A stretch of 64,000 nt of DNA, taken from Tubiluchus corallicola. Taxonomy: Eukaryota > Animalia > Priapulida. The stretch's first letter is position 1; each line of letters starts with the position of its first letter. Location of the stretch: contig JAQGDQ010000162.1 in NCBI GenBank assembly GCA_030141605.1, forward strand, positions 186,001 through 250,000, in the 5' to 3' direction. This document shows positions 48,601 through 61,166 of the stretch, piece by piece. Under the pieces are notes generated by a model. That model saw only the letters and a list, made by a program, of their open reading frames with translations, was not told the origin of the DNA and ran no database searches. A program made the translations under genes and the position numbers.

Positions 48601-51600
48601 TTAGAGAGGCTCTAATTACACCATCCTTCACGGTACCACAGGTTGCCTGTTTTTCATAGAGCTATCAGGTATGAACTGGAAATCACTGCACCTTAGAACT
48701 TCTTGGTACGAGTTTGAAACTTGCCAGCTTGTCTAGCCGGAGCTAACTGTACGCAACTAGTAGATCCTGAACATGACACTAATATACCTATTTTCCAAAT
48801 GCATTAATGTTACTGTAGTGTTATTGAGCTTAAAGCCAATGTGGTAAACAGCTGGAAAACTATTAAATTTTTAATTAATTTTATTTAATTTTAATTAGTT
48901 GTAATTTCTTGCAAAAACTGTTTCTCCAAGCTAGCAAGACGGTGGATGTGTTTAGTTTAATTTTATTTAGTTAACTGTTTGATCTGTTTAGTTCGTTTGT
49001 ATTTTAAAAGTGCAGTTTGTGAATCTTGGTGCACAAAATTAGTAATATGTATACAAATAAAGGGGAAGAAAAGGCAATTTTAAAGAATGTCCACAAAGAC
49101 TTTTCATTCAAAGTCATATTACTTGCCTGTTTAAACGACTTATGAAGCAAAAAAAAGAACAAAAATGAAATTTATAATGTTTGAACGAAATGATAAAATC
49201 TCGCTGATTCACCTTCCCAGTATGCATCACTGACTGACCAAAAATATATTTTTAATCTTTCTGGCAAGATAAAGTAATTTAAACTTTTGTTAGTTAGCGA
49301 AGTGTGTGGCACAAATGCTCTGCTCTGATTATTCTTTTCTGCCTTTTTGCATGGTTATCTGAACTTGTGACTTATCCTCAAAACAGCTCTGCTTAACAGT
49401 CATTGCAGGAGTTTAAATTTGCAAATTTTGTACGGCATTAGTGCATTACTGCTAATACATATTCTGTCATCTTGTAAGTGATATGAAACTTCACAAATTT
49501 TTAGGCTTTAATTATGAAGAATGTTTTCTTGTGCTTTAATATATTACATATCAATGGAAACGTTTTCCTTTTTAGTAAAAGTGCAATTTTCTATGAGAGT
49601 TTGCACAGGAACTGATGTTTACATTGGCTGCTTGATTTTATCAGTCTTTCAACATCTGGCTCGATAATGCGTTGATAATCCATCATTTTTCAGCCCACTT
49701 TGGTGCTTGGTTGTCTGGACCTCAGCATGGCTTTGCTAGAAGTTGCATGTGGCGTGTAGAAGAGGAACCGCACAAGACTGAAGACGGGTCTGTAGTCGCC
49801 ATACTTTCACTGTCGGACAATGAAAAGACCAGAGAAATGTGGGACCATGGGTGAGTTGCAGATTTTGGCATTTCCTCCTACTTCTAAATCATTTGTGGGA
49901 ATACCTATTTTCCATTAGCAGAGCAGTCTGTGTGTTCATACGTTTCGTTCCATATTTCTGGATAAAAAGGTCCAGTATAAATGCAAGAAAGCCACACTGT
50001 ATAGAAAGCCTGAGAAAATTTTTGGGTCCTGTACCCCTTGTTTACACCTACACCTTCACTGGTTCCTGAACCATTCCGCTCAGCTAAATTAACCTCTATA
50101 CTGCAAAGGCAACTACTTTTCAAACTTAGAAATTTATTCTATAAGCTATTAGAGGTCTGTCAATGGGGAATCTCAGTCGACACTGTATCAAGACGTACAT
50201 TATCACTTCAATAAAGGCGCAAAAGCAATGCTAAATTTGAAAGCCTGAAAAAGTTTTGTACCTCTACTAGGACTTCACTCACCTCAGCCTAAACTTAAGT
50301 TTATTTTGCTGTTCTATAGCGGCACTCTCCATAAAACTTATGCTCTAGCACGCTTTACAATGATTATAATGCTAACTTCATATACCACTAAAATAATAAA
50401 TTATATAATAAAATTATAAAATGTATAAAGTGGGCAGAAAATACATCAAAAAAATAAAACATTACTGATTAACCAGCAAGTTTGCTGGGAAAATCTGGTG
50501 CTTCATGTTTTACTTTTTCAGATTCAAATTGAGCTATAAAATAACACTGGACAAGTGCAAACTTTCCACGGAACTTTCCGTTACAAATACAGGTAAGCAA
50601 AGTGTTAATACTTAGCAAACACTGAGCCAGGCTGTTTTCAGTTGGCACACTCTTACTCTAATCATTTAGCTATAGAACGTTCAAAAATTATACCTTTGTC
50701 AAGCAAATTGCTATTCGCTGCATGCTAAATGAAAACCTTATTCGTCTCAAAAGTTGTTTTTTCTAAAAGTGTGGCTTATCTAATAACATGGGGTTTGCTT
50801 GCTTTTTTACTTTCAACTTAATTAGTTCAATGATCCTACAAATGATGCTTAACTGGTAAACCATACAAACTGAGATACCACAATATGAAATTACTATGAA
50901 TTATTTGAATTATTTATTCTTAATAAAATGTTCAACACAACCATTTGAAACACAATAACAAAATATTTATAATTTAGTATAGTATAGTATTTTGACAGCA
51001 AGTCACAACAAACTAATTATATAGATTAGAATGAGGCCTCATGTTCGTGGGGGAGCACTTGGGCAACTGCCCAGCATGCCCAGGCATTAAGATGACCCTG
51101 CCTGTGTACACCGTTTTTACATGATCCTTTCTCAAGGATTTAAAGAGTCGAAGAAGTTGATTGTCCCATCTGGTGACTCGGTCTGCCACCTGCATGTTAG
51201 GACTTCATAGTGACATTTCTTCCACCAACCAACTGTGCTGTTTCCTTCATTGATCAGTTATTGTTAATTTTAGGTTCATCATCGTTTGCCTTTACCTGCC
51301 TGCTGCACAACTATTTCAACATTCCAGACATGAGCAAGTGTCAGATAATTGGTCTGAAAGGCACTTCCTACAAGGACAAGGTACAGATGTCATTTTCTTA
51401 TGGCTATTTCACCCCAACTAGCAACAGCTTTTCAAAACATATGTTGAATGCCTGATTGTTAAATTTTTGTTTAATTTTTATCTTAATTTACCTTGTGGTG
51501 CCATCTGTTGGCGTCTATATCAAGTGGTAACTAGGTGACTCTGACAGGTAGTGTAGTTAGCATCTGCATTTTGTTCAAGTCAGATGGCCATTTCACGATT

Positions 51601-54600
51601 TGAGAATATTTTATGTTCAAAGGTATCATGTATGAAATATGTTATCGTGGCCCATTAAAAGAAAACTGGACCCAATCTTAAATTATAGTAATTTTTATTA
51701 GTAGTTTTTTTTATTATTTTTCAAGAATGATTTATGCGAAAGAATTATTATCAAACAAATGCAATTTCCCATTCGCGCAGCTAGTTTTTCGCTGTTACAT
51801 GCATTTATTTGCTTACATGGGCACTAGCGCCTGCATCTCGGAAACGCGTTGCACAAAAAACAGTTGTTGTACCTTTTAGTTCATAGGTGTTTAGTTGTGG
51901 CATAGTGCACACATTCACGAGCTCATGTTTGAGCACAGTGGTAAATTTAAAATTTATCATGTGTTTGTATATCGCACATAATGTTGTATTGAGGCACTGT
52001 ACTTCAATTTTTGCTTTCGTAAATGTGGAGTTTGCCTATAAAATGTTTGTGCTATTGAACACTGGCAAACCATTTAACCTTCCCTTCTAAATTATAAAAA
52101 TTGATACCATTGTTTGGTTTATGCTTGCATAGTTTTTAGGGCTTATTTGTTTCTTTAAATGCCCAGCGATTTATCCATTGTTTTTGCCAACAAAATGTCT
52201 TGTATCTTTGATTTAGCTAAAATTCATGGAGTGAATTCAAGGAAAGATGGCCCAATTTAAGCTCATTAGATCAACTGCTTTATCGTGCATGCAAGTACTG
52301 GTAATGTCGCAACAATACGGTAGAGGATTTATATATCTCATTCTTTTAATTTGTAATAATCACATCAGGCATGTGGTGTAAAAATTACTGTCACTTTACA
52401 TTGCAAATAGCTAATGTGATGTAAAATCACAGTATTTCTTAAGAAAAGTAGGGGGCAGCTGAACAGAGACTTGGAAAGAATATAGTTTTGTTCTTTTGAA
52501 TTCCAGGTCAGGAACTTTGCAGAATTTGTTGAGGAAGGAGATTTTGTGACGATCAATGCCAACATTGATAAGTAAGTTTTTACGATGCATATTGCATGTC
52601 AGTTTGAAAATCTCTTTGTGGTGTTGTTTTTTTTATAACATTTAGATCAAAAGCCATTCTGCTTCTCGTGTTGCGGCCATAGTTATAGTTTACTGTTTAC
52701 TAGTGTTTAGTTTTCACGCACCATTTATGTGTGATTACATTTTATTTTATGCAGTGCTCACTTCCTAGGGAACATTGTACCCAGAATTTCTTCTTTTTAT
52801 GGCAAATTCAGTTTTTAAGAGATGCTCTTATCTCATTCTTGCAACCCCTCTATGTAAATGCAATGCTTTTTTATTAACAGTTGCTAGGTTGTACCTAGAT
52901 ACATCTTTTGTTATGCTGTAATATCTTATGTTAGCACCATAAATTATCTCTTATCTTTATCTTAATTTTGTAATGCGGTACTTAATTTTGTAATTTTGTA
53001 ACTTGTACATGTCAGATATAAATTTAAAACATCTTGCCAAAAATGGCCTCACCAGGTTAGGCAATCCGGTCAGATGAAAAAGCATTTAATTAGCAAGATC
53101 TACGAAGGCTCGTGGTCATAGTAGTTGAATAGTAATGTCTGTAGCTTGATGTTTTTTATATCTATGTCGTGCTCACAAACTTAGGTGCCATAAAGATTCT
53201 GCTCCAGGCTGGTCAAAATCATAGGTGCTGTTGCTTCAAGCTATATGTGCTATGCTTTGACCAATGCAACTTTTTTGTTTTGATTTGTTTTTAACTCTTT
53301 TTAGCATTTATGCCAACACCCAGAATGAGCTGTTGCTGAAAGGAGCTAGTAATGGTTGGAGTATCAAAATAACGAAATCCAATCTTCCTGACACTGGTAT
53401 GCACTGTAAACCAGCAATTTCCTTTCAGGAAATTATTTACACTTATTAATAATTGTGGTAGTTTTTCGCTGTATTGCCGCTTGTATATCAGTGACAGCAT
53501 TGCTGTAGCAAACCCCTGTGAATGGAATGAAACAGTTTCCTTTTTTCTTCTGTAATTTTCACACAAATTGGTGGTTATACTTTAAGGAAGGCAGGATGAT
53601 TTTTCATATGCTACCCCCATTTTCAAGTCTGATATAATGAATACATTTTCACACTATAGATACAGCAAAAGCGTGTCTGATATTTAATAATAGATTGAAA
53701 ACTTAATTTGATGACATCGAGCAAGTGCAACTATTGATGACATCACAAACTAACATAATCTTAAACAGCAAAAATATTCCGCGAGCGTGTTGTGCATGTT
53801 CGCAAAAATGAAAATTGAAGTATAGTGCTACTTTAAGATATTCAGTGTGTTGTACTAAAACTAAACAAGTTTTAAGTTAAAATTTCCAATTTACCACTGT
53901 GCTCGCTCATCAGCTATCAAACATTGTGTAGTTCGTCACAAACTAACACATCTGAACTGAGTGGTACAGCACCAGTTTTTTGTGTAATGCACTTCCGAAA
54001 TGCAGGTGCTAGAGCCTGTCAAACTAGCGAATGGCGAAATGCATGTAACAGCGTAGAACTAGTGGCGCGAACATGAAATTATGTTTGTGTGGTAATAATT
54101 TTTTCATGCAAGTCATTTTTGAAAAAACAGTGTGTTTCCTTTTAATATTTTAAAGAGTGGATTGTTTTGACGTATAGTTGAAGATTGGGTCTGGTTTTGC
54201 TTTAAAATATTTTGTATGAGATATGAACAGAAATAATATTATTTGTAACTAACTTCTAAACTGTAGTTCCTATTAAAAAATGTTTGGTATGTAGTGGTTT
54301 AATTTGTGACCGATGCATTAGTTTCCTGTTTAATTATTGTTGAGTATAAACTGTTGTCTTTATGTTTTGTGCTTTTAGCAGTGACGGCTTGTGCATAGGC
54401 ACTGTGGAACTTCAGCACCGCCTATTTTCACTCAATATAATCTTTACCAATTAGTATAAAAGTCTTTTTTTCTCTTTTTTATGTTTGTATGGAATCAGAG
54501 CACGTGATGATGGTGCTTTTTGCTTAACAGCCCAGCACAGCAGTGTGTTTGCCTGTTGTGTGCATGATTGCATACACACATGTCTGACATAAGATGCTGT

Positions 54601-55117
54601 ACACTGCACTGCTAGTGTCTGCTGTTAGGTTGAAAAAGTACTGTTGCTGACACGTTTGTTGTCAGTTGCCACGTGCTTAAAAAGTGTATACCAGCATATT
54701 CCTGAACTGCAACAATTCGGACTATTTATAAGCAAAAAATTTTTTATTTAGGAACTTTATCAAGTTTATGTATACATTTTTGTATGTTTGTTGTTTCAAA
54801 TTACAATTACAAATCAGAACATTAAAATTACATATGTTTAAAGGCTAAAAATTTTCTGAAACAGCACAACCACTAATTTTAACTACAGGCAAACACTGTT
54901 TGTGAGGCACACTTCTTGTACATTACAGGAATTAAACTTTCTTTTTGCAGTTGTGTGGAATCCGTGGGCAGATAACGCCAAGAAAATGTCTGACTTTGGC
55001 GATGAGGAATACCTAAATATGGTGTGTATCGAACCGGGCAGCGTGAGTAAGCCTACAACCCTGGCAGTGGGGAAGGTGTTCACTGCATCTCAGACGCTAC
55101 TGCCCTTAATGCAATAG
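45624..55117 (+). CDS. Glucose-6-phosphate 1-epimerase (D-hexose-6-phosphate mutarotase, YMR099C/YeaD-type aldose 1-epimerase family)
   Basis: Exons 45624-45684, 45892-45943, [47327-47385 or 47444-47502], 49694-49850, 50522-50592, 51274-51380, 52507-52571, 53305-53396, 54951-55117 join in frame. Family motifs GATITSW, KAIRGGIPIVFP.FG, PQHGFAR, LHNYF, VVWNPW, DFGDEEY..MVCIEPG are all present. Confidence 0.93.
46050..46558. mobile_element. Tigger-like MITE
   Basis: gtaattcctcgcttaacga ... tcgttaagagaggacttactg|TA imperfect inverted termini. Confidence 0.6.
47327..47385 (+). CDS. Epimerase exon 3a (variant, SKKSKFDVLPLYHGGIPIVFP)
   Basis: Polypyrimidine tract + tttcag acceptor, C|gtaagt donor, 59 nt, phases fit exons 2 and 4. 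Confidence 0.8.
47444..47502 (+). CDS. Epimerase exon 3b (canonical, SSQSKFDNSKAIRGGIPIVFP)
   Basis: ttttag acceptor, C|gtgagt donor, 59 nt, same phases as 3a, canonical family motif. Confidence 0.9.
51655..52090. mobile_element. Internally deleted copy of the Kolobok-like non-autonomous family
   Basis: Starts ttaaaagaaaactggacccaatc and shares ctgttacatgcattt..gcctgcat.tcgga blocks with the copy at 59931. Confidence 0.55.
53582..54205. mobile_element. TTAA-flanked non-autonomous DNA element (Kolobok-like), opposite orientation to the copy at 59931
   Basis: ttaaggaaggcag ... ttgggtctggttttgctttaa is the reverse complement of the ends of 59931-60858. Confidence 0.65.
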
Positions 55118-56460
55118 GATTCTGAATAGCACAAAGCTGATGCATTATTGACATTCCATATTTCACTGTACCGGTTATTGAAGCATTAGTCAAAATGTAG
55201 ATATGATTTTGTTTGCTTTAAACACACTGGTTAACTACCTCATTTGTGTTTGCATGATATGATAGACAATTGTAAACATTATGATGGTTCTTCAATATCA
55301 GTCAGCAGTGCTGTTGATGTTTTCTTATCTGTACTACGATGACATCGATGACGCAATCTATGCTACACTAGGAAAAGGAACATTCAAAGATGGTATAGTG
55401 TTCAATAGTATATAGTAAAGATGGCAGCATGTAATTAATTAAGAAAGAGCTGCTTGATTGACTTGCAGGACTTTTATTGTTATATGTAGTGGATGAGTAT
55501 CCTGTAGTGTCGGCTGATGTTTGTTATATGCACAGGGTAATTGCGCTGGGGGCCATGCTAATCTATGTATGTTGTGAATTGCTGTCAATAAATAAATACT
55601 ATACTATACTAACTATATTGGTTATTGTGTGAGAATCTCTGTCATTATGGTTTGCCAATTGAATATCATGCATGTTATATTGTTCAAACATTGGTGTTGA
55701 TTAATCGTTGTTGTAATGTTTTTTTAATGTTTAAACACTGATTGTCGTGGAGAATCAAAAAAATATTTTTATGTTTAACTTTATCGATCATTTACATTTT
55801 TACTTTTGTGAGTGGTTGTGTAGGTAGGGGCCCCCAGTGCACTGGTTTACCCAAGGGCCTATAATGAACAAGCACACTCATGTAACCTTTTGACAGTGTT
55901 TTAATAAAGCTCACAAGATTTGTTAATTCTCTAATTATATTTATATACATGCTGTTTATTTTTCAAATGTAATTAGAGAGTTTTTGTAGGACTAAAACAA
56001 TTTACAAAGCCCCTTGTTAAATCATAGTTGATTTGAAAATGATTTTATATATTTGTTTCCCAGCCCTTTTGGTCTCGTGTATATACGCAGATGAGCCATT
56101 TCATTCGTTTCCCCACTTGTGTCTCAGGTAGAGCTTTAAAAACTATTGCTTTTCCGATGTTTTAGAAGTGTTCAGTCCCCAAATTCCACATTGAACCAAA
56201 ATTTGCTAGATTTTATTCTAGCATACATTTGACAATTGTATTGATTTTATCAATTCACAAAGCAAGAAATCCAAGTGCAGCTTTAAAATGCCATCACCTA
56301 ATAAATAATAAGGGCTAAGCATTCAGCCAGGTTAGAATGAAACTGTGCTGCTCTTTTCAAACTATATTAGCAATGCTAGCCACACTAACATAATGAAGAG
56401 TTTTACCTACATTTTTCAATACATTAATCTAAGAATCTAGGTAGTCTATAACCCGCTATA

Positions 56461-57150
56461 TCACACTAAACTAACAGTTTTATTTTTGCCTACTACGAGA
56501 TCCATTGTTTTCAGTTTCTTTTCTATTGAGTTTTTTATTTCATCTGTTTCTTCTTTGTTTCTTGTAATCCATGCCACATCATCAGCATGCTGCATATAGT
56601 ATGCTGATAATGTACTATGCTCTACTATACTAGGCATAGTAGTAGACATACTTTGCAGAGAGCCATAACTGAATTCTTGTCTTACTTCATTTGGTATTCA
56701 GAATCGAGAATTGTGTAGTTTACTACGTCAGTAATTGTCAGTGATTCCGTCATCTTCATCATCTTTAGAGTCACATGTCGTTTGAAATGACCTTCCGATC
56801 ACCTTACTCCGTGCTGCCCTGTCTCCTGCAACCTTCCATGTCTCTGTATTTTTGATATCTAATGGTGTGTTGATAAGATGAAATTGGTATAAGTCAGCAG
56901 CTGTCCTCCTTGTGGTTTCTTTTCTTTCTGCAGTACTTCTTTGAAAGCTAACTTTAATGGACTGTCGCCTGGTTGTCGTATAACATGTCCTATCCATCTC
57001 AATCTTTTCCTTCTGATTTTGATTGTTCATTTCTCTGCTTTGACTTTATTGTACAGATCCTGGTTTGATATTTTCTTAGGCCATTTTATTCCCAGAATGT
57101 TCTTGTAGTTTCTTCTTTGAAATTCATTAATTTCTGATTCGTGTTGTTCT
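56461..57150 (-). mobile_element. Two older fragments of the RTE-like LINE family
   Basis: MQHADDVAWITRNKEETDEIKNSIEKKLK (56461-56720) and a 3' segment (56730-57150) parallel to the adjacent copy. Confidence 0.75.
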
Positions 57151-57302
57151 GAGTTTTTTTAACTCACTTTCAAAATTTTTGTTGGAAAGTTGAGCAATGT
57201 GTATTCAGAAGTTATAAATTCGAATTTGTTTGTGGTAAAGAATACTCACCCCTAGTCAGCACCACTTCAGTATTTTGGTACATCTGGCATCTGCCACAAA
57301 AA

Positions 57303-58890
57303 CTCTTCTTCTTCTTCTTCAATGAATCACTCGTCCAGGGACATGATTCTGCTCTCTCTACGCCAGGACTCCCTACATGCTGCAATGCCCCAAGGGGATT
57401 TATTTCTAAGGATCAATGCTGAAGTGTCCAAATCTTTCTGTGCAAAATCTAAGTATGTTAACATTTGTCCTCCTGCAAATTTTTTAGCTGGTTCTCTGGC
57501 TTGTTGAAGAGCTATCTTCACTGGAACATCATCAGTTAGTCTAAGCATATGCCCAATCCATCTTAAACGGCGTCTTTTTATTTTTCTTGTCCAAGGTTCT
57601 TCTTTTATTTTTTCATACAGATCTTTGTTTGAAATTTTCTTTGGCCATCTAATACCCAAAACCTTTCTGTAATTTCACCTTTGAAATACATCGATTTCAG
57701 CCTTTATGATTTGCTTTTAATGTCCAGAGCTCAGAGTTATACAGAAACACAGTTTCAACTAAGGCTGAGAAAACTCTAATTTTTGTTTCCAAAGATATCT
57801 TTCTATTTTCAAAAATTTTTGTAAGTTTCGAGTAAGCTGATAATGCCATTATCTTCCGTCTTAGTATGTCGTCCTCTGTTGCCAGCAGACTACCGAAATA
57901 CTTGCATCTTTGCCATGATTCATCACCATGGCGTGTTATATGAAACTCTTCAGTTTTATTTTTGTTTACAACGAGATCCATTCTGTTCAGTTTCTCCTCT
58001 ATTGAGTTTTTTTATTTCACCTACTTCTTCTTTGTTTCTTGTAATGCATGCCACATCATCAGCATACTGCATTGATATCGTAGTTGACTTACTTTGTAGA
58101 GAGCTGTAACTGTGTTCTTGTCTTACTTCATTCGGTATTAATTTAGGAACAAGAATTGTGTAGTTGTGATCATCTAGGTCTTTCAATGGTATAACTTTGT
58201 CCTCAGTGAGAGCTATGGCAAGATATAAAGTAAAAAGTACAGGGCTTAAACAGTCACCCTGATGTACTCCTTTGTTTGTAGAAAATGGCTGACTCAATTT
58301 CCCTTCACACCTGACTTGAATTAATAGATTTTCTAACATTATACTTATGATATATATTTCATCAGGTTCAAGGATTTCCTCCAGACAGCAAAGCAGAGTT
58401 TTTCTCCGAACGCAATCAAAGGCCTTTGACATATCGATCATGAGGATATATATTGAGTAATCAGCAGAAGAGATGGCTTTTTCAGCTAGTAATATACAGG
58501 CTTGTACTAATTCAGTAGTATTCCGCCCTGGTTGATATGCTGCTTGGCTTGTTGGAATGTAAGTGTGTAACCTGTCATAGATCCTAGTCAACATACAGAT
58601 AGCCAAAATCTTCCTTATTTGTGTAAGCAACATCAATGGTCCAAGATTTTCTATAGGACCTCCTTTCTTGCCTGGCTTGGGTAAAGGGATAAGTATTCCT
58701 TTTTGAATATCATGTGGAAATGTGTCTGTTTTGCAAATATTGTTTAGAATTTCAGCAATTTCTGCATATAAATTTTCTGATCCATGCTTGACTAACTCAG
58801 CATTTAATTCATCAGCGCCGGGGTTTTGTTATTTTTCAATGATTTTGCCGCATGCTTTACTTCTTCTTTAGTAAATGGAACTTTCATTGG
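57303..58890 (-). mobile_element. 5'-truncated, frameshifted RTE-clade LINE
   Basis: RT motifs IDMSKAFDCV, GVHQGDCLSP.LF, MQYADD, KYFGS, FLYNSELW, and RTE-type tail IRWPKKISNKDLY..IKRRRLRWIGHMLR, followed by a (GAA)n 3' tail at 57303-57320. Confidence 0.9.
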
Positions 58891-59985
58891 ATAGTGAGTC
58901 CTTTTAACCCCAGGTACAAAAACTCGGCACGTGGCCAAAGGGCGATCTGTTAGTTAAAGTCGATCAGGAAAGATTTGCCCTATTGAAAAAAACAAACACG
59001 CCCAAAGTCATTGTATTAAACACACGCTTCCATCCACTTTGAATCAGTTTGTGTTTTTCAAATATCTATTTGCTTCTTGAGATATTTTGTCATGGCATGC
59101 TAGTTTCCCGCAAAATTCCTAGAGAGGTCTAGATAGCTGATAGTTTGTGAACTCCACTTAAGAAAAAGAAGTTGAATTTAATTGAAAAAAGAAGGTAGAT
59201 TTTGACTTGAGTAGGTAGACTGTACGTCAGCATGTGTAACGTGGGCTACTAAGACTGTTAATTTGTGATTTTATTAATTGAGTGTTTGTTTGTTTTTGTT
59301 GAAGAGAGGAAGAACCATTTCGTTAGTTAACATAATGGCTTTGAAGTTTGGCAGAAGAATTCTGAAGGCAATTTTATCACCCAATTAATTCTGCATGCTA
59401 CATTAATTAGGCCTACCTTTTTTAGGTTATAATACATGCGTTTTTTAACAGACCTTTTGTTTATTGTTTTGCCATCTTATGATCTTAAAAACGTATCACT
59501 GCCCCGCTTGCGGCAAAACATATTTTTTGCCACGCAATTTTGTAATTTCTGAGTATTTTTTCATACAAAGAATTCTCATTATAAAAAGTATGGATAATAT
59601 TCTGCTGCTAGGTATCAAAATAAATAGAGAAGCTCAATGGAGCGTTCAGATTATTTACTGGCTGTATGTCAGGCTCTGAGTTCTTTATTGTCTGTTGCAA
59701 TGGCTTGTTCAATTGCACATATAGTGAAAGCATCTGTTGTTTATTGAGCAGAATTTGTAGTGAAATTAGCTTTAAGCAACCTTTGTTATTTTATGATTTT
59801 TTTATGAAATGATATGGTGTGCTACATGTTACCGAAAAAAAAGTAACATGCTGGCATAGATGTGTTAACTAGTCTATTTGTAACTATGTTACTTTTCACT
59901 GCCACTTACATTTACATTTAAGTATTTTTCTTAAAGCAAAACCGGACCCAATGTCAAACTGTAGGTCAAAACAATCTCTTTAAAA

Positions 59986-60295
59986 CATTTATAGTTAAAA
60001 ACAACACAACTATATTAAAAAGTTAAAATCATGCCAAACGTTTCGACAAGCTGCAGCTGTAATGATCAGTGGTAAATTTACAAACATACAACCAGTTTAT
60101 ATAGGTAGATCCTCTTACGCATGCATAATAGGCTCTGCCTTTATAAACGGGTTGTATGTTTGTAAATTTACCACTGATGATTACAGCTGCAGCTTGTCGA
60201 AACGTTTGGCATGATTTTAACTTTTTAATGTAAAAGTTTTAATAAAGTTGTGTTGTTTTTAAAAATAAATGTTTTTAACGCCTGTAATAAAAATA
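59986..60295. mobile_element. Foldback insertion, probable Penelope-like element terminal repeat relic
   Basis: Inverted arms of >100 bp around ~60120, direct repeat ctctttaaaa at 59976-59985 and 60296-60305, hammerhead-like core followed by AATAAA. Confidence 0.7.
60171..60209 (+). ncRNA. Minimal type I hammerhead ribozyme-like motif
   Basis: CCA-CTGATGA-ttacagctgcagcttgtc-GAAACGTT-TGG: both core boxes, stem I CCA/TGG, hairpin stem II, palindromic AACGTT in place of stem III. The usual G-C pair closing stem II is missing. Confidence 0.55.
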
Positions 60296-60897
60296 CTCTT
60301 TAAAATATTGAAGGGAAACATACTATTTTTTTTTCAAAAATGACTTATATGAAATGATTGTTACCACACAAACACAATTTTATATTTGTACCACTAGTTG
60401 TTTGCTGTTACATGCATTTCCCCATTTGCTAGTTAGACGGGCAGTAGCACCTGCATTTCGGAGAAATGCATTGCACTAAAAATGGTGTTGTACCTCTCAG
60501 TTCAGATGTGTTAATTTCCGACGATGTACATACGTTCGACGGCTCATGCGTGAGCACAGCGAGTGGCAAATTTGAAATTTAAATTTTTATCTTAAAATTT
60601 GCCTAGTTTGTGTCTTTTTTGTGCCTAGTTTCAGTACAAAACACTGAATATTTTACAGTAGTACTGCACTTCAATTTGCACTTTAACAAACATGCGCAAC
60701 AGCCTTGTGGAATGTTTTTGATGTTGAAAATTATGTTAGTTTGTGATATCATCAATAGTTGGGCTCGCCTGTTGTTAATTAAAATTGTTTTAAAGTGTAT
60801 AATTTTATTTGACTTGGAAATTGGGTAGCATATAAAAAATCTTTCTGCCTTCCTTTAACTTGTTTATTTGTACCACACAGGTTGCGTATGTTGAAGG

Positions 60898-61166
60898 ATG
60901 GGATTCCGGAAGAAATTCCTGCCAAAAACGATCAGCGACTGGATTCCTTTTGCAGGCTTTCTAGTTTTCACATTTGCCGTGTATGTGTTTGAGGTGGCTT
61001 ATGTTCTACCGGCAATTTACCCCACTTATAGCACTTTTACTTATTTTCACTGCATTGTGGGGACATTCATTTACGTCAATGTGGTTTTGAATTTCGCCAT
61101 GCTGGTTTTGATTGATTCGTCTGCATCTGGTAAATTTTTGCCAACTGTCTTAAAGCCCGAGTGGAG
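60898..61166 (+). CDS. First coding exon of a probable DHHC palmitoyltransferase (ZDHHC24/22-like); remainder beyond the window
   Basis: Acceptor cacag at 60880, donor AG|gtaggt at 61166. Two hydrophobic helices (FEVAYVLP..H..VG.FI..NVV.N..ML..IDSS) ending LPTVLKPEWR resemble the segment just before the Cys-rich DHHC domain in invertebrate ZDHHC24-like proteins. The DHHC motif itself is not in the window. Confidence 0.65.

Larger units (their letters stand above)
59931..60858. mobile_element. TTAA-flanked non-autonomous element (Kolobok-like) interrupted by a foldback insertion
   Basis: TTAA|agcaaaaccggacccaat ... ctgccttcct|TTAA. Colinear with 53582-54205 once 59986-60305 is removed. Confidence 0.7.

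Noticed and set aside
54504-54587. Possible intronic C/D box snoRNA (GTGATGA ... CTGA)
   Set aside because: No terminal stem and no rRNA-complementary guide recognised; such motifs occur by chance at this spacing.
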